Both the position numbers and the translations under genes were made by a program. The notes beneath the pieces were generated by a model. That model saw only the letters and a list, made by a program, of their open reading frames with translations, did no database searches and was not told where the DNA came from. Below are positions 8,280 to 17,449 of a stretch of 64,000 nucleotides of DNA, one piece after another. Position 1 is the first letter of the stretch. Each line of letters opens with the position of its first letter. The stretch spans positions 1-64,000 of the forward strand of contig JBBRAE010000013.1 in NCBI GenBank assembly GCA_038207085.1. Reading direction: 5' to 3'. Source of the DNA: Armatimonadota bacterium. Lineage in GTDB: Bacteria; Armatimonadota; UBA5829; DTLH01.

Positions 8280-10229
8280 ATGGCAACCGAAATCGAAAAA
8301 CCGAACAACGGCGGTGTATCACGTGACCCGGCCATTAATGAGATGGTCGAAGTCGCAAAAGCCGCGGGTATTGACACAGTCTGGGACCGCCACAAGTCGA
8401 TGGGAGTCCCGTGTAAGCTTGGCTCAACCGGCGTCTGCTGCAAGATCTGCCACATGGGCCCGTGCCGAATCACGCCGAAGTCACCCAAAGGCATCTGCGG
8501 AGCCGACGCGGACACGATCGCCGCGCGCAACCTGCTTCGTGAGATCGCCGCGGGAACAGCCGCGCACTCAGACCACGGGCGCATGCTTGTCAGAACGCTG
8601 AAGCTGGTTTCTGAGGACAAAGGCGGCGACTACAAGATCACCGACCCCGGCAGGCTGCACAACGCGGCACAGTTCTTCGAGATCGAGACCGAAGGCAAGA
8701 CTGATCTGCAAATCGCGGGTGAGCTCGCTGACTTCTTCATGGGACAGTTCGCCTGGAGCGACAAACCGAACAAAACCCTGAAGCGCGCTCCTGAGAAGCG
8801 GCAGGCGGTTTGGAAGAAGCTTGAAATCGAGCCCCACGGCATCGATTCGGCGGTCGTCGAACTGATGCACCGAACGCACATGGGCGTCGACCACGACTAC
8901 AGGCACCTCATTATGGGCGGCCTGAAGTGCAGCATCGCTGACGGCTGGGTCGGTTCGATTATCGCGACTACAGTTTCTGACATTCTCTTCGGAACCCCGA
9001 AACCGCTTAGGAGCAAAGTGAACCTCGGCGTGCTTTCTGAGACCAAGGTCAACATCATCGTCCACGGCCACGAGCCGACTCTCTCTGAGATGCTCGCCTG
9101 GGCGTCAAAAGACAAGGAACTCCTGGACTACGCAAAGAGCAAGGGCGCGGACGGCATCAACATCGCCGGTATCTGCTGCACCGCAAACGAAATCCTGATG
9201 CGCCACGGTCTGCCGATCGCCGGAAACTTCCTCCAGCAGGAGCTTGCGATTCTGACCGGCGCGGTCGAGATGATGATCGTCGACGTTCAGTGCGTTATGC
9301 CGAGCCTTCCTGAAATTATGAAGTGCTTCCACACCAGGCTCGTCAGCACGTCGGAGATCGCCCAGACTTTCAACGCCGAACAGATCACGTTTGAGGTCGA
9401 GAAGGGCTTCGAGCACGCGAAGTCCCTCATTCGTGGGGCGATCGACAACTTCGCCAACCGCAACAAGGCCAAAGTTACAATCCCTGACCACTCGATGGAC
9501 CTGGTAGCCGGGTTCTCCAACGAGACGGTCTTCCATATGCTCGGTGGACGATTCCGGAGCACATTCAGACCGCTGAACGATGCGATCATCGACGGCCGAA
9601 TCAGAGGCGTCGTCGGGATCGTCGGCTGCAGCAACCCCAAGGTGAACACCGACGACCTGCACGTCACGCTGACGTCTGAGCTTATCAAGCGAAACGTGCT
9701 GGTGCTTCAGACCGGATGCTCCGCGATCGCCTGCGCGAAAGCTGGGTTCCTCACCCCTGAAGCCGCACGCGAACTTGCCGGTGAGACGCTTGCCGAGGTC
9801 TGCGAAGCAGTCGGTATTCCGCCTGTGCTGCATATGGGAAGCTGTGTTGATAACAGCCGAATCCTGCTTGCCGCGACAAATGTTTTGATGGAAGGTGGGC
9901 TCGGCGAGGATCTATCCGATCTGCCTGTAGCTGGAGCCGCACCGGAGTGGATGAGCGAGAAGGCGGTCGCGATCGGCCACTATTTCGTCGCTAGCGGACT
10001 CTACGTTGTCCTCGGACAGCCGCTCTATGTGGGGGGCAGCGAGAACGTTACCAAGCTGCTCACAGAGGAGATGGAAGGCCTCACCGGCGGCAAGTTCGCC
10101 TGGGAGCCCGATCCCGTCAAGGCGGCGGACATGATAATGGAGCACATTGAAAAGAAACGCGACGCGCTCGGCATCAACCAGAAACGGGAGCGTAAGCTGC
10201 TTGATATGAAGGAGCGCAGAGAGCTGTAA
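8280..10229 (+). CDS. cooS: Anaerobic Ni-Fe carbon monoxide dehydrogenase catalytic subunit
   Basis: D/B-cluster C..GxxGVCCxxCxMGPC...GICG; C-cluster ligand motifs HGH, GICCT, GCSN, TGCS, HMGSCVDN; WMSEKA; AAGGAG SD. Confidence 0.96.
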   Translation: MATEIEKPNNGGVSRDPAINEMVEVAKAAGIDTVWDRHKSMGVPCKLGSTGVCCKICHMGPCRITPKSPKGICGADADTIAARNLLREIAAGTAAHSDHGRMLVRTLKLVSEDKGGDYKITDPGRLHNAAQFFEIETEGKTDLQIAGELADFFMGQFAWSDKPNKTLKRAPEKRQAVWKKLEIEPHGIDSAVVELMHRTHMGVDHDYRHLIMGGLKCSIADGWVGSIIATTVSDILFGTPKPLRSKVNLGVLSETKVNIIVHGHEPTLSEMLAWASKDKELLDYAKSKGADGINIAGICCTANEILMRHGLPIAGNFLQQELAILTGAVEMMIVDVQCVMPSLPEIMKCFHTRLVSTSEIAQTFNAEQITFEVEKGFEHAKSLIRGAIDNFANRNKAKVTIPDHSMDLVAGFSNETVFHMLGGRFRSTFRPLNDAIIDGRIRGVVGIVGCSNPKVNTDDLHVTLTSELIKRNVLVLQTGCSAIACAKAGFLTPEAARELAGETLAEVCEAVGIPPVLHMGSCVDNSRILLAATNVLMEGGLGEDLSDLPVAGAAPEWMSEKAVAIGHYFVASGLYVVLGQPLYVGGSENVTKLLTEEMEGLTGGKFAWEPDPVKAADMIMEHIEKKRDALGINQKRERKLLDMKERREL

Positions 10230-13200
10230 TGAGTAAGATCATCGCCTCAAGCGCCATAATCGGCGCGCATAAGATATACAAACAAGCCGAGGAGATTGTC
10301 GCAAAGACGATAGCCGAGAAAGGCGCGGATAGCCCGGTAGCGTTCCCTGACACTACCTACTATCTGCCCGTGATCTACTCGATGCTCGGCACCAGGGTGG
10401 AAAAGCTCTCGGACATGCAGTCTGTTCTGGACGAGTGCAAGAGCCTTTTACCTCCGATCCCGTCCGACGACGTTTGGCTCCCCTATCTTGGTGGAACGCT
10501 CGACGCCGGTATGTCGACGCTTTTCGCGTTCGAGCTGATCGAGGCGTGCAAGTATCTGATAGGCCCGAACCCCGTTGATGGAATCTGGCTCGGGGCTGCG
10601 AGTGACGTTATCATCCGCGAGCGTGGAATCGAGTTCGTCGACGGCTCAGCTCCTGGTTTCGCCGCAGTTGTCGGCGCGGCTCCGGACAAAGAGACCGCCG
10701 TCAAGATCGCCCGCGAGCTTCAGGAGAAGAACCTCTACGTCTTCATAGCCGGTAACACCAACGGCGTATCGTTTGCCGAGCAGCTTGTGGAAGCCGGTGT
10801 CCAGATAGGCTGGGACACCAGGCTTGTTCCCTTCGGCAAAGACATATCCGCTGCGATCTATGCGCTCGGGTTTGCGAACCGCGCGGCGCTTTCTTTTGGA
10901 GGCGTTCAGCCCGGTGACTACGCTCGAAATCTGAAATACAACAAAGACCGAATCTTTGCGTTCGTAATGGCGCTTGGCGAGGTCGACGCAGAGAAGTATG
11001 CGGCAGCCGCCGGAGCGATCTCCTACGGCTTCCCAACGATCGCCGACACCGACATCCCGGAGATTCTGCCGACCGGTATCTGCACCTACGAGCACGTAGT
11101 CTCAAACGTTCCGCTTGACCGAATCGTCGAGAAATCGCTTGAAGTGCGCGGCTGCAAGATCAAGATCGCCAAAGTCCCGATCCCCGTAGCTTACGGCGCT
11201 GCCTTTGAGGGTGAGAGAATCCGCAAAGAGCAGACCTACGTCGAGTTCGGCGGAAACAAGACTCACGCGTTTGAGTATGTCACAACCAAAGACCTAACCG
11301 AGGTCGAAGACGGCAAGATCACCGTCGTCGGCCCAGAGATTGACGACGTTCCAGAGGGCACCGCGCTTCCGCTTGCGATTTGGGTGGAAGTTGCAGGCCG
11401 CAAGATGCAGTCGGACTTTGAGTCGATCCTGGAGCGCCAGATCCACCACCTCATAAACGGCGCGGAGGGCGTCTGGCATATGGGCCAGCGCGATATCGTC
11501 TGGACCCGAATCTCAAAAGCCGCCAAGGAGAAGGGCTTCAAGATCGCCCACTATGGCGAGATTTTGCACGCCAAGCTCTTGAACGAATACCCCGCCATCG
11601 TCGACAAGGTTCAGGTGACGCTCTTCACCGACCTGAAAGAAGTCGAGGAGCGAATCATTGAGGCCAGAAGAGTCTACCGCGAGAGGAACCTGCGCGTTGA
11701 GTCGATGACCGACGAGACCGTCGACACGTTTTACTCGTGCCTGCTCTGCCAGAGCTTCGCGCCGAACCACGTATGCGTCATTACACCCGAGCGACTCGGA
11801 CTCTGCGGCGCTTACAACTGGCTCGACGGAAAGGCCGCCTACGAGATCGACCCCACAGGCCCAAACCAGCCGCTCACCAAGGGCGAGTGCATCGACCCCG
11901 TCCGCGGCCAGTGGAAAGACATTAACGATTACGTCTACGCAAACTCCAAGCAGTCGATCACGTGCTTCAACGCCTATTCGATGCTTGAGGACCCGATGAC
12001 GAGCTGTGGCTGCTTCGAGGCTATCGTCGCGCTCCTCCCTGAGTGCAACGGCGTCGCTATCGTCAACCGAGAGTATCCCGGTGACACACCGATGGGTATG
12101 CGGTTCTCCTCGCTTGCTGGTATGACCGGCGGCGGCCAGCAGACTCCGGGATTCATCGGGATTGGCAAGGCGTATATCTCCAGTCGCAAGTTCATCTCCG
12201 CTGAAGGCGGACACAAACGAATCGTCTGGATGCCTGCTGAGCTTAAGGCAAGCCTGAAGGAAGATCTCGCGCACATCGGCGAGCAGCTTGGAATCGAAAA
12301 CTATGCCGACCTTATCGCGGACGAAAACGTCGGGACAGATTCCGCGGCGATCAGCGCACATATGGAAAAGGTTGGCCACCCCGCGCTTTCGATGTGGGAC
12401 GTGACCCAGCCGTCGCCTGAAGCCACCGAGGTCGACGTGAACCGTGGCAAAACCGCTGAAGCTCCTGCAGCACCTGTAGCCGCTGCGACCGCGTCTGCTC
12501 CGGCTCCGGCAAAAGAGACAGCACCAGTCGCAGTCGCCGAAAGGCCTGCGCCCGAGCATGCCAAGATTCCCGCAAACTCGACACCAGTTCACGCAGCACC
12601 TTCAAACGGCGGGAACGGTGGAAACGGTGACGGACTCTCTCATGTGATTTCCGTCATCGAACAAGTGCGTGCCAACGGGCTTCCCACGGCAAACCCGGCA
12701 TCGACTCCCGAGGAGCAGATGGCCGCCCTTCAGATGTCGACCGCTCTAAACTTGCTCACTGCAGGCGCGAATATGCTCCTGATGTATAGCGGTGCGCTCG
12801 GCGTTACGCCCGTAGCGGCGAAAGCTGTTCCATTGCCAGTCGAGACTTCTGTCGAACCAACCCCGGTTGTCGAGACCCAGAAGATATCGGAAGTGCTCGA
12901 AGCACCGCAGAAGCCGATCACATCGGCCAGCATCATCGTGCCGACCAGCTTCGGTGTGCCTGGCGAGGCGTTCGCTGGCACAGTTCGTGAAGTGACGCTC
13001 GGTGGGTCTGGCACGCGGACGTCTTCGGTGACAATCGGCGGCGCAAACGCCCTGCCCTTCCGCCACTTCGAAGGAAACACCGGCCGCAAGCAGGTGATCG
13101 CTATGGAGGTCTTCGACAAAACGCCGAGGAACTATCCCAACTCCCTGCAAGAGGCATTTGGAAGTCTGATAAACGATCCCGCTGCGATGGCTAAATACTG

Positions 13201-13897
13201 CGTTGAGCAGTGCGGCGCTGAGATCATAAGCGTCCGACTTGATGGAACTCATCCCGACAACGGCGATGCATCCATCGAGGCGGCCTCTGAGATCGTCGGA
13301 AAGGTGCTAAAAGCCGTCGGCGTGCCGATCATGGTCACCGGGCCCGGTCACTTCGAGAAGAACAACGCGGTTATGAAGCAGATCGCAAGCGACTTCGCGG
13401 GCGAGAACCTGCTGCTTAACTGGGCTGAAACCGACAACTACAAGACAGTCGCCGCCGCCGCGATGGGCTACAACCACTGCGTAGTCGCCCAGTCGCCAAT
13501 CGACGTCAACATGGCGAAGCAGCTGAATATCCTGATGACCAACATGGGGCTTGCGCCTGAGAAGATCGTCATCGACGCCTATACCGGCGCAATCGGCTAC
13601 GGTCTTGAATATACCTACTCCGTTATGGAGCGAATCAGGGCGTCGGCACTCACAAACGACGCGATGCTTGCGATGCCGATCATCGGCACACCGGGATTTG
13701 AAGTCGCACGCATCAAGGAGAGCAAAGCCCCCGAGAGTGCATTCCCGATCTGGGGAAGCGAGACCGAACGCGGGGCGTTGCTTGAGATATCGACCGCGAT
13801 GAGCCTCCTAAACGCAGGCGCGGACGTTCTGGTGATGTATCACCCCGTAGCCGCCCGCACAGTGAAGCGCAAAATCGCAGAGATGAACGAAAAATAG
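10229..13897 (+). CDS. acsB: Acetyl-CoA synthase (AcsB) fused via an Ala/Pro linker to the CoFeSP small subunit (AcsD)
   Basis: A-cluster FYSCLLCQSFAPNHVC..LGLCG and PMTSCGCFE in aa 1-~730; AcsD-like TIM barrel (IGGANALPF, AMEVFD, SPIDVNMAKQLN, GYGLEYTYSVMERIR) in the last ~310 aa; no intervening stop. Confidence 0.93.
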   Translation: MSKIIASSAIIGAHKIYKQAEEIVAKTIAEKGADSPVAFPDTTYYLPVIYSMLGTRVEKLSDMQSVLDECKSLLPPIPSDDVWLPYLGGTLDAGMSTLFAFELIEACKYLIGPNPVDGIWLGAASDVIIRERGIEFVDGSAPGFAAVVGAAPDKETAVKIARELQEKNLYVFIAGNTNGVSFAEQLVEAGVQIGWDTRLVPFGKDISAAIYALGFANRAALSFGGVQPGDYARNLKYNKDRIFAFVMALGEVDAEKYAAAAGAISYGFPTIADTDIPEILPTGICTYEHVVSNVPLDRIVEKSLEVRGCKIKIAKVPIPVAYGAAFEGERIRKEQTYVEFGGNKTHAFEYVTTKDLTEVEDGKITVVGPEIDDVPEGTALPLAIWVEVAGRKMQSDFESILERQIHHLINGAEGVWHMGQRDIVWTRISKAAKEKGFKIAHYGEILHAKLLNEYPAIVDKVQVTLFTDLKEVEERIIEARRVYRERNLRVESMTDETVDTFYSCLLCQSFAPNHVCVITPERLGLCGAYNWLDGKAAYEIDPTGPNQPLTKGECIDPVRGQWKDINDYVYANSKQSITCFNAYSMLEDPMTSCGCFEAIVALLPECNGVAIVNREYPGDTPMGMRFSSLAGMTGGGQQTPGFIGIGKAYISSRKFISAEGGHKRIVWMPAELKASLKEDLAHIGEQLGIENYADLIADENVGTDSAAISAHMEKVGHPALSMWDVTQPSPEATEVDVNRGKTAEAPAAPVAAATASAPAPAKETAPVAVAERPAPEHAKIPANSTPVHAAPSNGGNGGNGDGLSHVISVIEQVRANGLPTANPASTPEEQMAALQMSTALNLLTAGANMLLMYSGALGVTPVAAKAVPLPVETSVEPTPVVETQKISEVLEAPQKPITSASIIVPTSFGVPGEAFAGTVREVTLGGSGTRTSSVTIGGANALPFRHFEGNTGRKQVIAMEVFDKTPRNYPNSLQEAFGSLINDPAAMAKYCVEQCGAEIISVRLDGTHPDNGDASIEAASEIVGKVLKAVGVPIMVTGPGHFEKNNAVMKQIASDFAGENLLLNWAETDNYKTVAAAAMGYNHCVVAQSPIDVNMAKQLNILMTNMGLAPEKIVIDAYTGAIGYGLEYTYSVMERIRASALTNDAMLAMPIIGTPGFEVARIKESKAPESAFPIWGSETERGALLEISTAMSLLNAGADVLVMYHPVAARTVKRKIAEMNEK

Positions 13898-13898
13898 G

Positions 13899-13988
13899 GT
13901 AGCTATTAGTAGTTAGCTGTTAGCAACCAAACTCGCACCAGCATGACAATCTGGTTGCTAACGGCTAATAGCTAGCTGCTAGCTGCTC
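13899..13988. repeat. Inverted heptamer-repeat hairpin
   Basis: tagctat-tagtagt-tagctgt-tagcaac ... gctaacg-gctaata-gctagct-gctagct; shares gttagcaacca..caatctg..tgctaa with 7372-7460. Confidence 0.75.
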
Positions 13989-14001
13989 CCAAGGAGTTGA
14001 A

Positions 14002-15342
14002 ATGGCACTTTCAGGCTTAGATATATTCAAACTGTTACCGAAAACCAACTGCGGCGAGTGCGGCGTGCCTACATGCATGGCATTCGCGATGAAGCTTGCA
14101 TCGAAGGGCGCGGAACTTGCTGCTTGTCCGTATGCGTCCGATGAGGCAAAATCCAAGCTCGGAGCCGCGAGCAAGCCGCCGATCAGGCTCGTCAAGGTCG
14201 GCACTGGCGACACAGAAGTTCAGGTCGGCAACGAAACCGTGATGTTCAGGCACGAGAAGACGTTCGTCCACCCGACGGCTATCGCTATATCGTTCACCGA
14301 CGACCAGGCCGGGGACGTGCTCGCCCATCAGACCGCTGTCGTTCGCGACTACTGCCTTGAGCGAGTCGGCGAGGAATTGAAGATCGACCTCGCGGTTGTC
14401 GACAATGTCACGGGCGAGGCGGAACCTTTCGTCGCCGCAGTCAAGGAAGTCGCGGGGACGACCGGCAAGGCGATCGTTCTGCAGAGCTCTTACCCCGAGG
14501 TGATCGAGGCGGCTCTTCAGGCCATTCCGGGGCAGCGACCGCTCATCCACGCAGCGACACCCGAAAACATCGACGCAATGGCCGCGCTTGCGCTCAAATA
14601 CAACGCGCCCATCGTCGCCAGAGCCAACACGCTCGACGAACTTGCCGCGCTTACTACAAAGCTTGCGGCGCTTGGCGTTCAGGATATTGTGCTCGATATC
14701 CCGGCTGACAACCCGGCCGCTATGATGCAGTATAATACAATCATCAGGAAAGCCGCTCTGAAGGGCAGCGTTGAGCCGATGGGCTACCCGGTGATGAACT
14801 TCCTTATGGGAATGGACCTGCCGTCGCTCGTCGCAGACGCATCGACGCTCATAAGCAAGTATTCATCGATCCTCGTTATCGACACGATAGCCCTCCAGGC
14901 ACTGCTTCCGATGATGATGCTCAGACAGAACATCTACACCGACCCGCAGAAACCAATTCAGGTTGAGCCGAAGATCTATCCCATCGGCGAGGCAACAGAG
15001 AACTCACCGATCCTTGTGACGACGAACTTCTCGCTCACGTATTTTATTGTGTCGGGTGAGATCGAGAACTCTGGCGTCCCGGCGCACCTCGCGATTGTCG
15101 AATGCGAAGGAATGAGCGTCCTTACGGCATGGGCTGCCGGCAAGTTCTCCGGTGAGAAGATCGGCGCATTCATCAAGCAGTCAGGCCTTGAAGACCAGGT
15201 TAAGACCAGAAAGTTGATCATACCTGGATACGTCGCACAGATCAGCGGCGAACTTGAGGAATCACTCCCAGGCTGGGAGATCCTCGTCGGCCCGCAGGAA
15301 GCAAGTGACCTCGGCGCGTATATGAAGATGCACGCGGCATAG
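14002..15342 (+). CDS. acsC: Corrinoid iron-sulfur protein large subunit (AcsC/CdhE)
   Basis: KTNCGECGxPTCMAFA...CPY [4Fe-4S], RQNIYTDPQKP, TTNFSLTY, SVLTAWAAGKF; AAGGAG SD. Confidence 0.95.
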   Translation: MALSGLDIFKLLPKTNCGECGVPTCMAFAMKLASKGAELAACPYASDEAKSKLGAASKPPIRLVKVGTGDTEVQVGNETVMFRHEKTFVHPTAIAISFTDDQAGDVLAHQTAVVRDYCLERVGEELKIDLAVVDNVTGEAEPFVAAVKEVAGTTGKAIVLQSSYPEVIEAALQAIPGQRPLIHAATPENIDAMAALALKYNAPIVARANTLDELAALTTKLAALGVQDIVLDIPADNPAAMMQYNTIIRKAALKGSVEPMGYPVMNFLMGMDLPSLVADASTLISKYSSILVIDTIALQALLPMMMLRQNIYTDPQKPIQVEPKIYPIGEATENSPILVTTNFSLTYFIVSGEIENSGVPAHLAIVECEGMSVLTAWAAGKFSGEKIGAFIKQSGLEDQVKTRKLIIPGYVAQISGELEESLPGWEILVGPQEASDLGAYMKMHAA

Positions 15343-15455
15343 CCCGGTTTATTCGTGAAGCGAATAAAGTTTTCGCTAACCCGGTTTATTCGTGAAGCGA
15401 ATAAAGCTCTTGCTAAGAGAGCATCATTCACGTTTCTCGTGAATAATGCGGGCTA
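15340..15455. repeat. MITE/REP-like element, family C (tagcccg...cgggcta)
   Basis: Internal hairpins tttattcg..cgaataaa and gcatNattcacg..cgtgaataatgc; 37-bp internal tandem duplication; second copy at 39572-39650. Confidence 0.85.
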
Positions 15456-15505
15456 ACAGATGTTGGCTTGTAGCTCATCGACCTGTGGTCGCAACTCATA
15501 AACTT

Positions 15506-17419
15506 ATGTATTCGATACAATTCTTACCTGCTGATATAGAGCTAAAGGTCCAACCCGGCACACTGGTCTCCGACGCCGCCATCATGGCCGGCCTCGAAGA
15601 CCTGCACCTGCCGTGCGGTGGCAAAGGCACGTGTGGGCGCTGCCTTGTTGAAGTTGTATCCGGCAATCCTATACAGACCTCTACCGCGCGCTTGGACGTC
15701 GCGCTTGCTGGTAAGCGGCTCGTTATGGCCTGCCAGACCAAGGTGAACGAAGACCTTGTAATCAGGATCCCCGAGCAACGGGAGACTGCGATGAGAGTAG
15801 TCGGCGACAGCCATTTTCTCGTCGGGGAAGAGTATCTGCCCGATCGCAGCGCGCTTTCGTCACTCTATCGAATAGAGAAGCTCACGGTACCTCCAGCTAC
15901 AATCGAAGAACACTACAGCGACTGGCAAAGGCTTGTCCGAGAGATCGGCGCAAGGATCGGGTCGAGCAACGTCACTACCGACGTATGGGTTCTGCGTTCG
16001 CTCGCCGATGCTCTTCGCGCCAAGGATGGGAAAGTCACCGTCGTTCTTCAGGAGGACGACTGCGGGTACCGCCTCTGGAACGTCAACGCAGGTCACAGCC
16101 CTGTCACCGTGTACGGGCTTGCAATAGACATAGGCACCACGACTATCGCGGTGCAGCTAGTCGATCTGAGCACCGGCGAAGTCGCCGCAAGCCGAACACT
16201 TTATAACGCGCAAATAGGTCGCGGCGCGGACGTTATTAGTCGGATCGATTATGCAAAGAACCCCGTTCGCCTGTTCGAGCTTCGCGAACTTGTTCTCGGC
16301 ACAATCAACGAACTGATTGAAGGCGTCGCGGAGGAAGTCGGGCTCCCGCCTGTGGAGATTCGAGCTGCGTTCATCGCCGGGAATACGACGATGGTGCACC
16401 TGCTCCTCGCGCTCCCACCCAAGCATATTCGCGAGACACCCTACGTTCCGACGGTGAACACCATCCCCACCCTTTTTGCGCCAGACGTTGGGCTTCGTAT
16501 CCACTCCCAGGCCGCGATCGCCTTTGCGCCCGGAGTCGGAAGCTACGTTGGCGGCGACATCACTTCGGGGCTTCTCTGCACTGAGATCCCAAAAAACCAC
16601 GACGAGGTCTTTTTGTTCCTCGACATCGGCACCAACGGCGAGATTGTGCTTGGAAACGCCGACTGGATGGTAGCCTGCGCCTGCTCCGCTGGCCCAGCCT
16701 TTGAAGGCAGCGGAATCAAGTGCGGTATGCGCGCGACAACAGGGGCGATCGAGTATATCGAAATATCTGACGATAAACGCGAAGTTCGCTATGATGTGAT
16801 CGGCGAAACCAAACCGGCGGGCATTTGCGGCTCCGGCCTCATCTGCCTGCTCGGCGAGTTGCTGGTAAGGGGCGTGATAGACCAGTCGGGACGCTTCAAC
16901 ATCAATCTCGACACCGACCGCATCATCACGCAGGGGTCGAACAAGGCGTTCGTCATTGAGTGGGCTGAAAACACCGAAAGCGGCGAGAACCTGGTCATCA
17001 CAGAGCCAGATATGGAGAACCTGATGCGCACCAAGGCCGCAATTTACGGCGCGTGCAGCCTCATTCTGACAAACGTGGGGATCGAATGGAACGCCATATC
17101 GCGAATCTACATCGCAGGCGGTTTTGGCAGATACATTCAGATAGAAGACGCCGTGCTAATCGGCCTTCTTCCCGATTTACCCTACGACAGGTTCACTTAC
17201 ATCGGCAACTCATCGCTTACCGGAGCTTATATCGCCCTGCTTTCTCGCGACCACAGGCAGTTGCTGAACGAGATCGCAGGCATGATGACCTATATCGATC
17301 TTAGCAGCGATTCGCACTACATGGACGCTTATATCAGCGCGCTTTTCCTGCCACACACTGATATGTCGCAGTTTCCATCGGTCGCAAAGCGCCTTACCGA
17401 TTTGAAATCTACAACCTAA
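15506..17419 (+). CDS. acsV: Corrinoid reductive activator (RACo/AcsV; 2Fe-2S + ASKHA ATPase)
   Basis: PCGGKGTCGRC ferredoxin, DIGTTT, GADVISRI, YVGGDI, DIGTNGE, SAGPAFEG, GICGSG; ATG 15506 chosen because the upstream ATG lies inside a repeat. Confidence 0.9.
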   Translation: MYSIQFLPADIELKVQPGTLVSDAAIMAGLEDLHLPCGGKGTCGRCLVEVVSGNPIQTSTARLDVALAGKRLVMACQTKVNEDLVIRIPEQRETAMRVVGDSHFLVGEEYLPDRSALSSLYRIEKLTVPPATIEEHYSDWQRLVREIGARIGSSNVTTDVWVLRSLADALRAKDGKVTVVLQEDDCGYRLWNVNAGHSPVTVYGLAIDIGTTTIAVQLVDLSTGEVAASRTLYNAQIGRGADVISRIDYAKNPVRLFELRELVLGTINELIEGVAEEVGLPPVEIRAAFIAGNTTMVHLLLALPPKHIRETPYVPTVNTIPTLFAPDVGLRIHSQAAIAFAPGVGSYVGGDITSGLLCTEIPKNHDEVFLFLDIGTNGEIVLGNADWMVACACSAGPAFEGSGIKCGMRATTGAIEYIEISDDKREVRYDVIGETKPAGICGSGLICLLGELLVRGVIDQSGRFNINLDTDRIITQGSNKAFVIEWAENTESGENLVITEPDMENLMRTKAAIYGACSLILTNVGIEWNAISRIYIAGGFGRYIQIEDAVLIGLLPDLPYDRFTYIGNSSLTGAYIALLSRDHRQLLNEIAGMMTYIDLSSDSHYMDAYISALFLPHTDMSQFPSVAKRLTDLKSTT

Positions 17420-17449
17420 AATCTGAAATCATCACTGGAGGTCTTTCAT

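Noticed and set aside
11513..12592. 359-aa minus-strand ORF
   Set aside because: Antisense to acsB, which has clear catalytic motifs
15446..15505. N-terminal extension of acsV (and similar long starts for secG, nuoH, nusA, nadD, proB)
   Set aside because: Upstream starts fall within repeats, promoters or neighbouring genes; downstream starts fit the family N-termini and SD positions better
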